From: an uncultured Bacteroidia bacterium
Lineage (GTDB): Bacteria > Bacteroidota > Bacteroidia > JANWVE01
Direction of reading: 5' to 3'
Assembly: GCA_938028625.1 (NCBI GenBank)
Contig: CALIZB010000035.1
Span: 1-62,115 of the forward strand
DNA length: 62,115 nt
Under the pieces are notes generated by a model that saw only the letters and a list, made by a program, of their open reading frames with translations, had not been told where the DNA came from and searched no databases. Within the stretch, counting starts at the first letter, position 1. The number at the start of each line of letters is the position of its first letter. The position numbers were made by a program, and so were the translations under genes. Shown piece after piece: positions 47,310 to 57,106 of this stretch.

Positions 47310-48455
47310 TTACAACAGTGCCTCAATTTCGGAGAGCATAAACTCGCCCGCCTTTCCGTTGCCGTACAGGGGTTTGTATTCTTGCTTTACTTCATTTCTG
47401 AGTGTATTAAAGAGTGAAACAATCTTTTCTGTATCCGTATCCGCAATGTGCGCATAACCGTTTTCCACAAGTTCTACCCATTCGGTTTCGGGGCGGAGAA
47501 TAATACAGGATTTTTTCCAGAAATAACTTTCCTTTTGCACTCCTCCGCTGTCTGTAAGTACTAATCTGCAATATTTTTCCAACAGGTTCATTTCCAAAAA
47601 AGACACGGGCGGAATAAGATGTAAGTTTGTTTGTTTAAGTTTGAGTTTCCATTCTGCACTTAAAAGTTCTTCAATTTTCTTGGCAGTGCGCGGGTGTACG
47701 GGAAAGATGACTGGAGTACTCTCCGCAATAGTAAGCAGGGCTTTGAGAATGGCTGTTAGCTTTTCGAGGTTATCTGTATTTTGATTTCTGTGTACCGTGC
47801 AAAGCACATAATCCATTTCTTTTATAGGCAGATTAGCTATGGTTTGGTATTTTTTTTCAGCTATTTCTCCAAAGTACAACGTATTGTCATACATAATATC
47901 CCCACTATGTATAACTTTTGGATTATTGATATGATAAGGCGCTAGATTATTAAGTTTAAAGCCCTCTTGAACAAGATTTTTGATTGCTTGCTCCGTAGGA
48001 CAAAACAATAATGTACTCACATGGTCAGTGTGAATGCGGTTAATTTCTTCGGGCATAGTTTTGTTAAAAGAACGCAGTCCTGCTTCTATATGAAATACAG
48101 GAACACCAAGTTTAGATGCCGCAATAGCTCCTGCAAGGGTAGAATTGGTATCTCCGTATAAAACAATTCCGTCAAAAGTTGTTTCTAAAAGGACTTTTTC
48201 TATGCCTTCTATCATCATAGCGGTTTGTTTGCCATGTGAAGCACTGCCTACATTCAGATTTATATCAGGTGTGGGAATGCCGAGTTCCTCAAAAAAAACA
48301 GCGCTCATATTCGTATCATAATGCTGTCCTGTATGTAAAATAACTTCCTGTATTCTGTCAGAATAGCTTTTTAATATAGCTCTGCTTAACCCTGCCGCCT
48401 TAATAATCTGCGGTCTTGCCCCAATAACCGTAAGTAACTTTATTTTATTTTTCAC
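47310..48455 (-). CDS. wecB: Non-hydrolysing UDP-GlcNAc 2-epimerase
   Basis: GARPQ, HTGQH, GDTNS, HIEAGLRS and TDSGGVQKE. GTG start. Confidence 0.93.
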   Translation of the reverse strand: MKNKIKLLTVIGARPQIIKAAGLSRAILKSYSDRIQEVILHTGQHYDTNMSAVFFEELGIPTPDINLNVGSASHGKQTAMMIEGIEKVLLETTFDGIVLYGDTNSTLAGAIAASKLGVPVFHIEAGLRSFNKTMPEEINRIHTDHVSTLLFCPTEQAIKNLVQEGFKLNNLAPYHINNPKVIHSGDIMYDNTLYFGEIAEKKYQTIANLPIKEMDYVLCTVHRNQNTDNLEKLTAILKALLTIAESTPVIFPVHPRTAKKIEELLSAEWKLKLKQTNLHLIPPVSFLEMNLLEKYCRLVLTDSGGVQKESYFWKKSCIILRPETEWVELVENGYAHIADTDTEKIVSLFNTLRNEVKQEYKPLYGNGKAGEFMLSEIEALL

Positions 48456-48615
48456 ACTGCAAAAATACGTTTAGAAAAAAGAATTACCAATTCTGGCAGG
48501 TTGATATGCTTTTCAAAATTTTTATTCCTCATAATCAGTATGTTACAATGTTAAGTAAAAAATATTACGACTTTCATTTTGATTTGCAGAAAAAATATAT
48601 TATTTTCGTACTATT

Positions 48616-49326
48616 ATGAAATGGGTAGTTATTGTGTTAGTTTTATGGATAAATATAATGGTTTTATATGCACAAAGTCCGCAGTCATATACCAAAAATG
48701 AGGATTATGAATACAGTTCTATACAAGAAGCCTTAAAAAACCCGAATGAAGTATACAGGCTTACCCTAAAAAATGAAAGACTAACCACCTTTCCTTCTGA
48801 GATATTTCAATTCAGAAATTTGAGATACCTAAATTTAAGCTACAATGAAATTAAGGAAATTCCCGTAGAAATATATAAACTCAGCCAATTAGAAGTATTG
48901 ATACTAGACCACAATTTTATTCAAACTATTCCGCATACCATAGGAACTTTACAAAAACTAACCGAATTAAACCTTATAAGAAATGCTATTAGTTCAATTC
49001 CTGTGGAAATAGGATTGCTTACACAGCTAAACACACTTTGTTTGGAAGAAAATTTTATCCGAAAAATACCTGCGGAGATAGGCAATCTCAAACAGCTACG
49101 TTATTTAGGATTAAGTGAAAATGAAATTACTTTGCTTCCCGAAAGCGTACAGGGACTAACCGCACTAGAAGTACTCACATTAAGCAGTAATCACATCAAA
49201 GCCCTACCCCCTTGTATCAAAGAGATGAAACACATCAAAGAACTGTATATCAGGCAAAATCATATTCCTGACTTTGAAAAAAAAGTCATAAAAAAATCTT
49301 TATCTCAAACGATTTGCTATCTTTGA
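48616..49326 (+). CDS. Secreted leucine-rich repeat protein
   Basis: Signal peptide, SIQEALKNP N-cap, and about seven 23-aa LxxLxLxxNxIxxIPxEI repeats. Confidence 0.92.
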   Translation: MKWVVIVLVLWINIMVLYAQSPQSYTKNEDYEYSSIQEALKNPNEVYRLTLKNERLTTFPSEIFQFRNLRYLNLSYNEIKEIPVEIYKLSQLEVLILDHNFIQTIPHTIGTLQKLTELNLIRNAISSIPVEIGLLTQLNTLCLEENFIRKIPAEIGNLKQLRYLGLSENEITLLPESVQGLTALEVLTLSSNHIKALPPCIKEMKHIKELYIRQNHIPDFEKKVIKKSLSQTICYL

Positions 49327-49329
49327 GTT

Positions 49330-50883
49330 ATGAAAAACCGTTTTGTACTGGTATGCACTTTTGTAATTTTCTGGACACAGATTTTTGCGCAGCAGGTGTA
49401 TCTGTATGAAGTAAATGTATCCAAAATAGAACATGACCAGTTAAGAATTATTCTTCACTGTCCTAAAATCAGTCAGAAACAGATTCATTTTTATTTTCCT
49501 GCCTATATCCCGAACAATTATGCGGCAGTTAACTACGGCAGGTTTGTATCTAAATTTTCTGTCAAAAATGCCAAAGGACAGTATCTAAATTTTACACAAA
49601 AAGATATGAACACGTATTTTATTCCTAACGCACAAGATATTCGCACCATAGAATATATCATAGATGATACTTGGGACTTTGTAGAGGATAAAAACTATGT
49701 ATTTGGCACATCAGGTACCAATATAGAACAGGACTGTATACTGCTCAATGCAGGCGGCGTATTCGGATACTTTGAAAATTATCAGAACATTCCTTTTCAT
49801 ATCAAAATCACACACGATAATCATTGGTATACGCATTCTTCCCTGTTTATTCAAGAAAAAAAAGAACATCACACTGTTTTTCTTGCTTCCAACTACAACC
49901 GTCTGGTAGATAATCCTATTATTGCCACCAAAAAACAAGACACTTTGCTGGTAAAAAAAGACAAAATGGAGTGTGCGGTTTCTGTATATGCGTCTTTTAA
50001 CTATTCCAAAGACAGTATCCGTGCTATTGTAAGCAGAGCTTTGAGTAATGTACAGAACTATCTGCAATATCCTATCAGCAAACAGTATCACCTTATTTTG
50101 TACCTTCGCAAAAAAGATGAACAAAACAAGCATCTCAGAGATATAGGGGCTTTTGGTTCTACGGAACATACTAATTGTTCTGTTATTCATATTCCTGAGG
50201 ATATTGAAGACTACCACCCCCTAAAAACCCCTTATCTCAAACGAATGGAACAGCTTTTAGCCTATAATTTTATCTATGCCACCTTCAATACCAATTTACC
50301 CAGTGCTTACTACGCAGATTTTAACTTTCAAAAACCCATATCTACGGCGCATAATTGGTTTTATACAAGTTTTCCGCATTATATTTCACTTTTGATGAGT
50401 AATTATAGCAATTTGGATAAACTTTGCTCTTGGATGAGTAAAAAAGCCTCTCTTGCAAAAACCTATCCCGAAGGCGTACCACTGAATAATTTAAGTTTAC
50501 ACATCACAGATTATCCTAATCCCTATGATATGTTCAATTATTTTTTTGATTATGGAGTTTTACTTATGTTTTGTTTAGATGTAGAGATTATTACCCAAAG
50601 CAAAGGCGAAAAAAATCTCTTGGAAGTTATCAAATCTTTGAATAAAAAATTTGATAAAGAACGCCCCTTCAACGAAAACGAACTTATTCCTGCTATTGCA
50701 GAACAAAGTTACCCTGAAATTAGTAAGTTTTTTGAACTTTATTTTGAAAAAGCTAATAAGCCCGACTATGCCAAATACGCCCATCAGGTAGGATTAAAGT
50801 ATGAAGAAGGAATTTTTATCCCATTAGATACTCAAAACGCACAACAAAAACAATATCTTAAAAAATGGTTACATATTCCTTAA
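49330..50883 (+). CDS. Peptidase M61-like protein with a degenerate zinc site
   Basis: M61 N-terminal domain (P.YIP..Y...NYGRFV, YNRLVDNPI) and G.LL..CLD.EI, but no HExxH. Confidence 0.75.
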   Translation: MKNRFVLVCTFVIFWTQIFAQQVYLYEVNVSKIEHDQLRIILHCPKISQKQIHFYFPAYIPNNYAAVNYGRFVSKFSVKNAKGQYLNFTQKDMNTYFIPNAQDIRTIEYIIDDTWDFVEDKNYVFGTSGTNIEQDCILLNAGGVFGYFENYQNIPFHIKITHDNHWYTHSSLFIQEKKEHHTVFLASNYNRLVDNPIIATKKQDTLLVKKDKMECAVSVYASFNYSKDSIRAIVSRALSNVQNYLQYPISKQYHLILYLRKKDEQNKHLRDIGAFGSTEHTNCSVIHIPEDIEDYHPLKTPYLKRMEQLLAYNFIYATFNTNLPSAYYADFNFQKPISTAHNWFYTSFPHYISLLMSNYSNLDKLCSWMSKKASLAKTYPEGVPLNNLSLHITDYPNPYDMFNYFFDYGVLLMFCLDVEIITQSKGEKNLLEVIKSLNKKFDKERPFNENELIPAIAEQSYPEISKFFELYFEKANKPDYAKYAHQVGLKYEEGIFIPLDTQNAQQKQYLKKWLHIP

Positions 50884-51404
50884 AACAATTCGCTCTTTTT
50901 TTGTGTATTTTTATGTACGCATCAGGCTACGCACAGAATGTAGAAAAGTTCCTTTATAAAAAACGAAAAAAAATGGTACAACCGATAGAAATTACTCTTT
51001 CAGAATATGCGGGACCTGTTCCACCGCCTTTGGTCTATGAAATAGATGTGCATATTTTTTTGAAAAACAAAAAAGTATGCTTGACGCACAAAGAAAAAGC
51101 TGAAAAAAAAGGTACACAATGGGGTAAAAACATTGATGATTGCCTTATACTTTCTGAAAGTCAGGTAAAAACTCTTGCACAAGCACTGTTAGACGCAGAT
51201 TTTCCCAAATGGCAGGACAAGCGTTTTACAGAAAAAGAACATACCGCTGTAGGATTAAGTTTTAACTACCTTACTGTCCATTGGGGAGATAAAAAAATAA
51301 CTTTTGAGTATTTTCTCAAAGATTTAGAGAACGAAAACTACATTAAACAAAAAACTTTTATTGCTTTTATCAAAGGGTTTTATGCTTCACTACAAAATAA
51401 ATAA
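50865..51404 (+). CDS. Hypothetical secreted protein
   Basis: Signal-peptide-like N-terminus and GPVPPP motif. Overlaps the previous gene. Confidence 0.55.
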   Translation: MVTYSLKQFALFLCIFMYASGYAQNVEKFLYKKRKKMVQPIEITLSEYAGPVPPPLVYEIDVHIFLKNKKVCLTHKEKAEKKGTQWGKNIDDCLILSESQVKTLAQALLDADFPKWQDKRFTEKEHTAVGLSFNYLTVHWGDKKITFEYFLKDLENENYIKQKTFIAFIKGFYASLQNK

Positions 51405-51471
51405 ACTTTCAAATACTTGAAATAAACAAGATGTTTTAACTCAATAAGAAAACTATAATTTTGCATTTGAG

Positions 51472-52107
51472 ATGACAAAAATCTTTTTGCAACAAATCCA
51501 CGATTTACATGAAGCACGCTATGCTGCGGCGATGGATATAGATTTTATTGGGTTCAACTTTGACCCTGTTCTGGGTACGGTGCTTACGTTTGAAGAAGTA
51601 CTCGGTATTCAAGAGTGGATTACAGGTGTCAAGAAAGTAGCTATATTTGGTGAACAAAGTATTGAAGAGATACAAATATTTTTAAGTAAAATCCAAGTAG
51701 ATTATGTGCAGATAAACACATGGACACCTGCGTCTGAATTGACAAAACTACATGTTCCTATAATAAAAAAAATTCCGATAGTGCATGACGTCAGTTTTGA
51801 ACAGCTGAACTTTCTGGCAGAACCTTATAAGAACGTTGCAGATTACTTTCTGTTAGACGGATACAATCACAACATTACTTGGGGCAGTTTTGATAATCAG
51901 CCTTTTGAATGGAAAGTAATTGCTAAAATATGTCAGGTTTATCCTTGTTTTGTAGGTTTTAACCTTACTCCACAAACGGTTTCGGAAGTTATAGAACAAA
52001 TTAAACCTTTTGGAGTTGCGGTACATAAAGGAATACGAAATGAAGTTCAGGAATTAGATTTTGACGCTATAGAAAAGATTATTGAAATGAGAACAACAAA
52101 ACTGTAA
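51472..52107 (+). CDS. trpF: Phosphoribosylanthranilate isomerase-like protein
   Basis: ARYAAAMDIDFIGF, DYVQ and YFLLD. Diverged Bacteroidota TrpF-like type. Confidence 0.65.
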   Translation: MTKIFLQQIHDLHEARYAAAMDIDFIGFNFDPVLGTVLTFEEVLGIQEWITGVKKVAIFGEQSIEEIQIFLSKIQVDYVQINTWTPASELTKLHVPIIKKIPIVHDVSFEQLNFLAEPYKNVADYFLLDGYNHNITWGSFDNQPFEWKVIAKICQVYPCFVGFNLTPQTVSEVIEQIKPFGVAVHKGIRNEVQELDFDAIEKIIEMRTTKL

Positions 52108-52110
52108 AAA

Positions 52111-52989
52111 ATGATGTCAAGTATTAAAAATACAGCTATTAACAGTAATATAAGGAGTTTTTTATATGTAATACTGGGTATTTTTTCAGCGGCATTTGGT
52201 TTAAAGGGCTTTTTAGCAGGTAGCAATTTTATTGATGGTGGGGCAACAGGTATTTCTATGCTTATTTCTATACTATCCAAAACGCCATTATGGTTATGGA
52301 TTTTATTACTTAATATTCCTTTCATTTTTTTAGGTTACAGGGTAATAGGAAGAGATTTTGCTACTCGCACTGCATTAGCCATTACAGGACTTACCTTAGT
52401 AGTAGCTTTTGTTCATTTTCCAATTATCACTCAAGACAAACTGCTGATAGCTATATTCGGAGGGTTTTTTCTCGGCGCAGGCATTGGTTTTTCGGTGCGG
52501 GGAAGTGCGGTGATAGATGGCACTGAAGTTTTAGCTATATTTTTAGCCCGAAGGTTCAATACTACCATAGGAGATATTATTCTGGTTATTAATATACTCA
52601 TTTTCTTGACAGCGGCTTATTTACTTTCCACAGAAGCGGCACTTTATTCCATGATTACCTACCTTGCCGCATCTAAAACATTAGATTTTGTTGTAGAAGG
52701 AATAGAAGAGTATATCGGTGTTATTATTATCTCACCGCACAGTGAACAAATTCGCTTAATGATTATTCAAGAAATGCGCAGAGGAGTCACTTTATATTCA
52801 GGCAAGCGAGGATATGGTTCTCACGGACACCGACAGGAAATAGATATTGTATATACTGTAATTACAAGATTAGAACTATCTAAACTCAAAGCAGAAATAG
52901 ATAAAATAGACACAGAGGCTTTTGTTGTTATAAGCAGCGTAAAAGATGTTAAAGGCGGATTGGTTAAAAAAAGACCTCTCAAACATTAA
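52111..52989 (+). CDS. YitT family membrane protein
   Basis: FIDGGATG, LNIPF, DGTEVLA and a C-terminal DUF2179-like domain. Confidence 0.9.
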   Translation: MMSSIKNTAINSNIRSFLYVILGIFSAAFGLKGFLAGSNFIDGGATGISMLISILSKTPLWLWILLLNIPFIFLGYRVIGRDFATRTALAITGLTLVVAFVHFPIITQDKLLIAIFGGFFLGAGIGFSVRGSAVIDGTEVLAIFLARRFNTTIGDIILVINILIFLTAAYLLSTEAALYSMITYLAASKTLDFVVEGIEEYIGVIIISPHSEQIRLMIIQEMRRGVTLYSGKRGYGSHGHRQEIDIVYTVITRLELSKLKAEIDKIDTEAFVVISSVKDVKGGLVKKRPLKH

Positions 52990-53011
52990 ATTTATAGTAT
53001 TGAAAACTGTT

Positions 53012-53638
53012 TTATATGGTAATAACGATAGGTTCAAAAGATTTTTTATACTTTCTATTTAACACAGACGCATTGACAAAGGTACACCCATTTTGTGCGT
53101 ATATTCCGTAAGCCTCATGAATATGTCCAAATACATGCAGTTTTAATTGATTGAGTGTATTTATGGTATTCATTAAATCCGCACACCCTACATTATGCCC
53201 TTTGTAGGTGGTATCTAAAATGTTTTTTGGAGGTCCATGAGTAATAAGGACATTCGTATGCAAAGGAATTTTCTGCCAATAAGCCGCAATTTCCTCTCCT
53301 CTATTCTTTCCAAAAGACCAATTAAAGAACTTGGGCGTATAAGGTGAACCCCAAAAGTACAGATGTTCTATCTCAACTCCGCTGTCCTCTAAATAAATCA
53401 TATTTGAAGGTACATTTTGTATAATTTTTTCTTTTTCTTTTTCAAATGCTTTGTCATGATTTCCTGCAACAAAAATTTTATACTTGTGAGGTAGTTCACT
53501 ATACCAAAGTAAAAAATCATCTATTTCTTGCCAACTTCCTGTGCGACTAAAATCTCCTGCATGTATCAGCACATCACCTGCAGGAACATCTGTACTGTGA
53601 TGCTGTCCGTGTGTATCTGACAGGCATATAATCTGCAT
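53012..53638 (-). CDS. Calcineurin-like metallophosphoesterase (MPPED/239FB-like)
   Basis: SDTH, HAGD, GNHD, THGPP and GHIHE. Confidence 0.92.
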   Translation of the reverse strand: MQIICLSDTHGQHHSTDVPAGDVLIHAGDFSRTGSWQEIDDFLLWYSELPHKYKIFVAGNHDKAFEKEKEKIIQNVPSNMIYLEDSGVEIEHLYFWGSPYTPKFFNWSFGKNRGEEIAAYWQKIPLHTNVLITHGPPKNILDTTYKGHNVGCADLMNTINTLNQLKLHVFGHIHEAYGIYAQNGCTFVNASVLNRKYKKSFEPIVITI

Positions 53639-53641
53639 GGT

Positions 53642-54337
53642 TTATTTCTTTTTTGGCTTGACTACCTTTTTAACCACAGGAGTTTTTGTTTTTTCTACAG
53701 ATGCACTTTCTTTTTGTACGGTTTCTGTTTCCGTTTTTATTTTTTTCTCTTGGGTATAAGTCCTCTCCTCATTATCATTTGTCTTATGATTCTCTTTGTC
53801 TTTTCTTATTTTTATTTTGAGAGCATTCTTATTGGCTGAGGAATAAGACTTGGGCTTTTTACCTATACCTAATTTTGCTTTTACCTTTCTCCAATTTGCT
53901 TGTACTTTTTGTGTAATCTCCACCGCTTTGTCAAGGTTAAGATGTACCCAGTAATGCTGTTTATTTTTAAGCATACCTGCATCTACAACCATAATCAGCC
54001 CAAGCTCTGAAAGTCGTTTGAACGCCCTGTTTACAGGTTTGTACCCTATACAAAAAGCGTACTGATAATACTGATAATTGGTAAGCATAGGTACATCTCT
54101 GTATTCCCATGTACCGTCAGTCAACTGAACAGGCATATACCATAAAATAATTCTGTGCAAAAGGTGTGCGGCTATTATATGAGCATAGTCTGGCTGAGAA
54201 CTGGGCTTTTCCTCACCGCGCAACAGTGAGTACCACCTGTTAGGAACAGAACGTACATCAATCTGGGTGAGTTTTTTGAAGGTTTCAGGGAGGTCTTCAA
54301 AATTTTTGGCGGTTTTTATACTTTCGTCAGTGTTCAT
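53642..54337 (-). CDS. Winged-helix replication-initiator-like protein with a Lys-rich tail
   Basis: VPNRWY...LLHRIILWYMP...YQ...RAFKRLSELGLI...HLNLD resembles the N-terminal wHTH of phage/plasmid replication proteins. Confidence 0.55.
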   Translation of the reverse strand: MNTDESIKTAKNFEDLPETFKKLTQIDVRSVPNRWYSLLRGEEKPSSQPDYAHIIAAHLLHRIILWYMPVQLTDGTWEYRDVPMLTNYQYYQYAFCIGYKPVNRAFKRLSELGLIMVVDAGMLKNKQHYWVHLNLDKAVEITQKVQANWRKVKAKLGIGKKPKSYSSANKNALKIKIRKDKENHKTNDNEERTYTQEKKIKTETETVQKESASVEKTKTPVVKKVVKPKKK

Positions 54338-54390
54338 AAATCTTATGTTATGCAAAAATAATAAAATTTGCGTGTTCAGGATTATTTTCT

Positions 54391-55263
54391 TTACTTTATT
54401 CCTTTCTCTTCTACCTGAATAACTTCTTTTTCAGTTACACTGCTTCCTGCTTTGTTGATAAAAGCAACTACATGGCAGTTTTTAGCGTTCCACGCACTAT
54501 TTAATATGTAAGAATAATTTTTAGTAAAAGTTGTTCCTGCATTAGCTATTCCCCCTGTGCTTATTTCATCTCCCCAAGTACTATTTACAGCACCTCTTAA
54601 TACATGCCTATGAACATAATCAGGGACATTTTCAGGGATTTTACTATAATCTTTTTGCATGCTTATGCAACTATCTTCTGTAATATATACTGCTAATTTG
54701 TAATCACCTGTAAGCGTTTTAAGGAACTTTCCTTCTACCTTTATATTTACCTGTCTTGTACTTTCATTGTATTGATTAGTAATTTTAAGTGAAGCGTCAG
54801 GCGGGGTGCTAATGATAGAGGCGATTTTTGCGCCCCAATCGTCTTTATCTAAGGCAGGACTTACATTATCAAAGGCTTTTCTGTTTACAAAACCTTTGGG
54901 TAGTCCAAGGGCGTCAAAAGGACCAAAAGTGCCATCTATTTCTTGTCCTGTGGGGGTTCTGTAATCCGTAACATAGCCATTTCCCAAGTCTAACTTTGCA
55001 AAAGAACTCAGATGTATACTCATAATCACTAATTTATTCCCATAGGTATTAGATAAACTATGTGCAATTTCATGTGCGCGCGGGCAGTTTCCGCACTTGT
55101 GTCCTGTAAAATCTTCCAGAAGAACTTTCCTTACGGCAACAGTATCTGAACTTCCACCCCCGCCATTACTGGCAGTTTCTCTGTATGGTTTTTCTATAAC
55201 ATCACAACGGTTAAACACTAAAACCACGACTAATGCAATTAATAATAGCACCCAGCGTTTCAT
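54391..55263 (-). CDS. Omp28-family outer membrane lipoprotein (thioredoxin-like)
   Basis: Lipobox Cys, KVLLEDFTGHKCGNCP and YVHRHVLR. Confidence 0.9.
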   Translation of the reverse strand: MKRWVLLLIALVVVLVFNRCDVIEKPYRETASNGGGGSSDTVAVRKVLLEDFTGHKCGNCPRAHEIAHSLSNTYGNKLVIMSIHLSSFAKLDLGNGYVTDYRTPTGQEIDGTFGPFDALGLPKGFVNRKAFDNVSPALDKDDWGAKIASIISTPPDASLKITNQYNESTRQVNIKVEGKFLKTLTGDYKLAVYITEDSCISMQKDYSKIPENVPDYVHRHVLRGAVNSTWGDEISTGGIANAGTTFTKNYSYILNSAWNAKNCHVVAFINKAGSSVTEKEVIQVEEKGIK

Positions 55264-55477
55264 ACATACAAAAATACAAAAAAAATAATTTGAACGTAAC
55301 CGTAAGAACATAATTTGTTTTTCATAAAATCTGTATTCCTTATTTATTCAAAAAACTCAAACCCCTGTAACAGGTTCAGCACAGCCAAAAGCAATATTTT
55401 TTCAGAAAGTATAGACTGAAAAATAAAAAATACCTTATCTTTGCAATAGTTTTTTATTCATTGGATATTATCTTGGT

Positions 55478-57100
55478 ATGTTAAATAAAGTGATATATGT
55501 ATTTGGAATAACTTTTTTTACCCTTACTTGCTACTCTGCTTTTAAGTTTAGTTCAGTAAATGTAGGTGGTTCTGTTATGGACACTGGTAATAAAGTGTTT
55601 CAAGATAAAGTTTCTCATAAAAATCAAAAATTTACACCACTTAATATCCATGATATGATTGTAGTAGAACATGTTTCTGAATTATGCTCTCCTTATGACG
55701 ACTATGAAACTGCTTTCCGCGATGATAACTCTATTCTTTTTACTTCCACTCGCCCCGGCGGAGTAGGGGGTGAAGATATATGGTCCTCTAAAAAAGACCC
55801 AAGTACAGGCAAATGGAGTGAACCTAAAAATGTAACTATATTTAATACTAGAGAAAATGAAGGTAGCCCTTTTGTAACGGCTGACGGTAGTCGTGTGTAT
55901 TTAACCCGAGATGCAGGTAAAGACAGGATGTGTGATATTTTTGTAAGTGATATATCTGGTGGTAAACCTAGTAGTCCACGGTCTTTATCTGGTGGTGTAA
56001 ATTCTAATTCATGGGACGCGCATCCTTGCGTTTCGCCTGATGGTAGATATTTAGTATTCTCTTCACTTCGTAGTGGCGGATTCGGGCAACATGACATTTA
56101 TATTTGTGAAAAACAAGGAGATACATGGAGCACCCCGAAGAATATGGGAAGTACTATCAATACGGCTTTTTCAGAAATATCACCTTTCATAACGCAAGAC
56201 GGCAGTAGTTATGTACTTTATTTTACTTCTAACGGACAAAAAAGAGCAGACGCTTACGATATTTATCGTTCTTTCTTGATTGGTTCAGAATGGTCTACCC
56301 CCGAAAAACTGCAGTTCCCCGTTAATACAGAAGCTGATGAAAAATACTTTTGTATCACTCCAAGCGGTGAATATGGCTATTTTGCTTCTAACCGTAGAGG
56401 TATTACAGGTACAAAAGACAGTAAAGGCGCACATGATATTTACAGAGTAAAAATGAGTTATCTTAAAAAAGATAAAATGGTTAATGTTACAGGGCAAGTT
56501 TCTGACGCTACTTCCAATGCAGGTATCAATGCTAAAATCATCATTACTGATATTACCAAAAACGCTATTAACCAAACTATAACAGCAGACGCATCAGGGC
56601 GATTTAAATCTAATCTCCCCGTAGGACGCACTTATGTTATTCAGGTATCCAAAGATGGCTATATCTTTACCACAGATAACTTCACTATCCCTGATAACGC
56701 CAATGACTTTACAATACCCGCCTTTAAACTGACCAAAAAAGGCGTAGGTGCAAAAGGTACTCTCAAAAATATCGTATTCATGGACGCAAAGAGCAACCAA
56801 ATCAATGTAAAAGCCTCTCAGAAAGAATTAGAATTCCTCGTCAATCTTATGTTAGATAATCCTGACCTGAAAGTAAAAATTATAGGACATGTAGCCAACG
56901 ATATGTCCGCTGACTTAGCCAATAAACTTTCTTATGAACGCGCCGCAGCAGTGGTCAATTATCTTGTAAGAAACAACATAAATGTTTCCCGTTTGAAAGC
57001 AGAAGGAATGGGTTCTAAACAACCTATTGCAGATAACGGTACTCCCGAAGGCAGAAAAGCTAATCAACGCATTGAATTTGTGATTACGAGTGACGAATAA
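55478..57100 (+). CDS. PD40 propeller, carboxypeptidase-regulatory-like and OmpA_C domain protein (PorE-like architecture)
   Basis: FTSTRPGGVGGEDIW-type PD40 repeats, LSYERAAAV..YL and NQRIEF. Confidence 0.85.
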   Translation: MLNKVIYVFGITFFTLTCYSAFKFSSVNVGGSVMDTGNKVFQDKVSHKNQKFTPLNIHDMIVVEHVSELCSPYDDYETAFRDDNSILFTSTRPGGVGGEDIWSSKKDPSTGKWSEPKNVTIFNTRENEGSPFVTADGSRVYLTRDAGKDRMCDIFVSDISGGKPSSPRSLSGGVNSNSWDAHPCVSPDGRYLVFSSLRSGGFGQHDIYICEKQGDTWSTPKNMGSTINTAFSEISPFITQDGSSYVLYFTSNGQKRADAYDIYRSFLIGSEWSTPEKLQFPVNTEADEKYFCITPSGEYGYFASNRRGITGTKDSKGAHDIYRVKMSYLKKDKMVNVTGQVSDATSNAGINAKIIITDITKNAINQTITADASGRFKSNLPVGRTYVIQVSKDGYIFTTDNFTIPDNANDFTIPAFKLTKKGVGAKGTLKNIVFMDAKSNQINVKASQKELEFLVNLMLDNPDLKVKIIGHVANDMSADLANKLSYERAAAVVNYLVRNNINVSRLKAEGMGSKQPIADNGTPEGRKANQRIEFVITSDE

Positions 57101-57106
57101 CTGACA

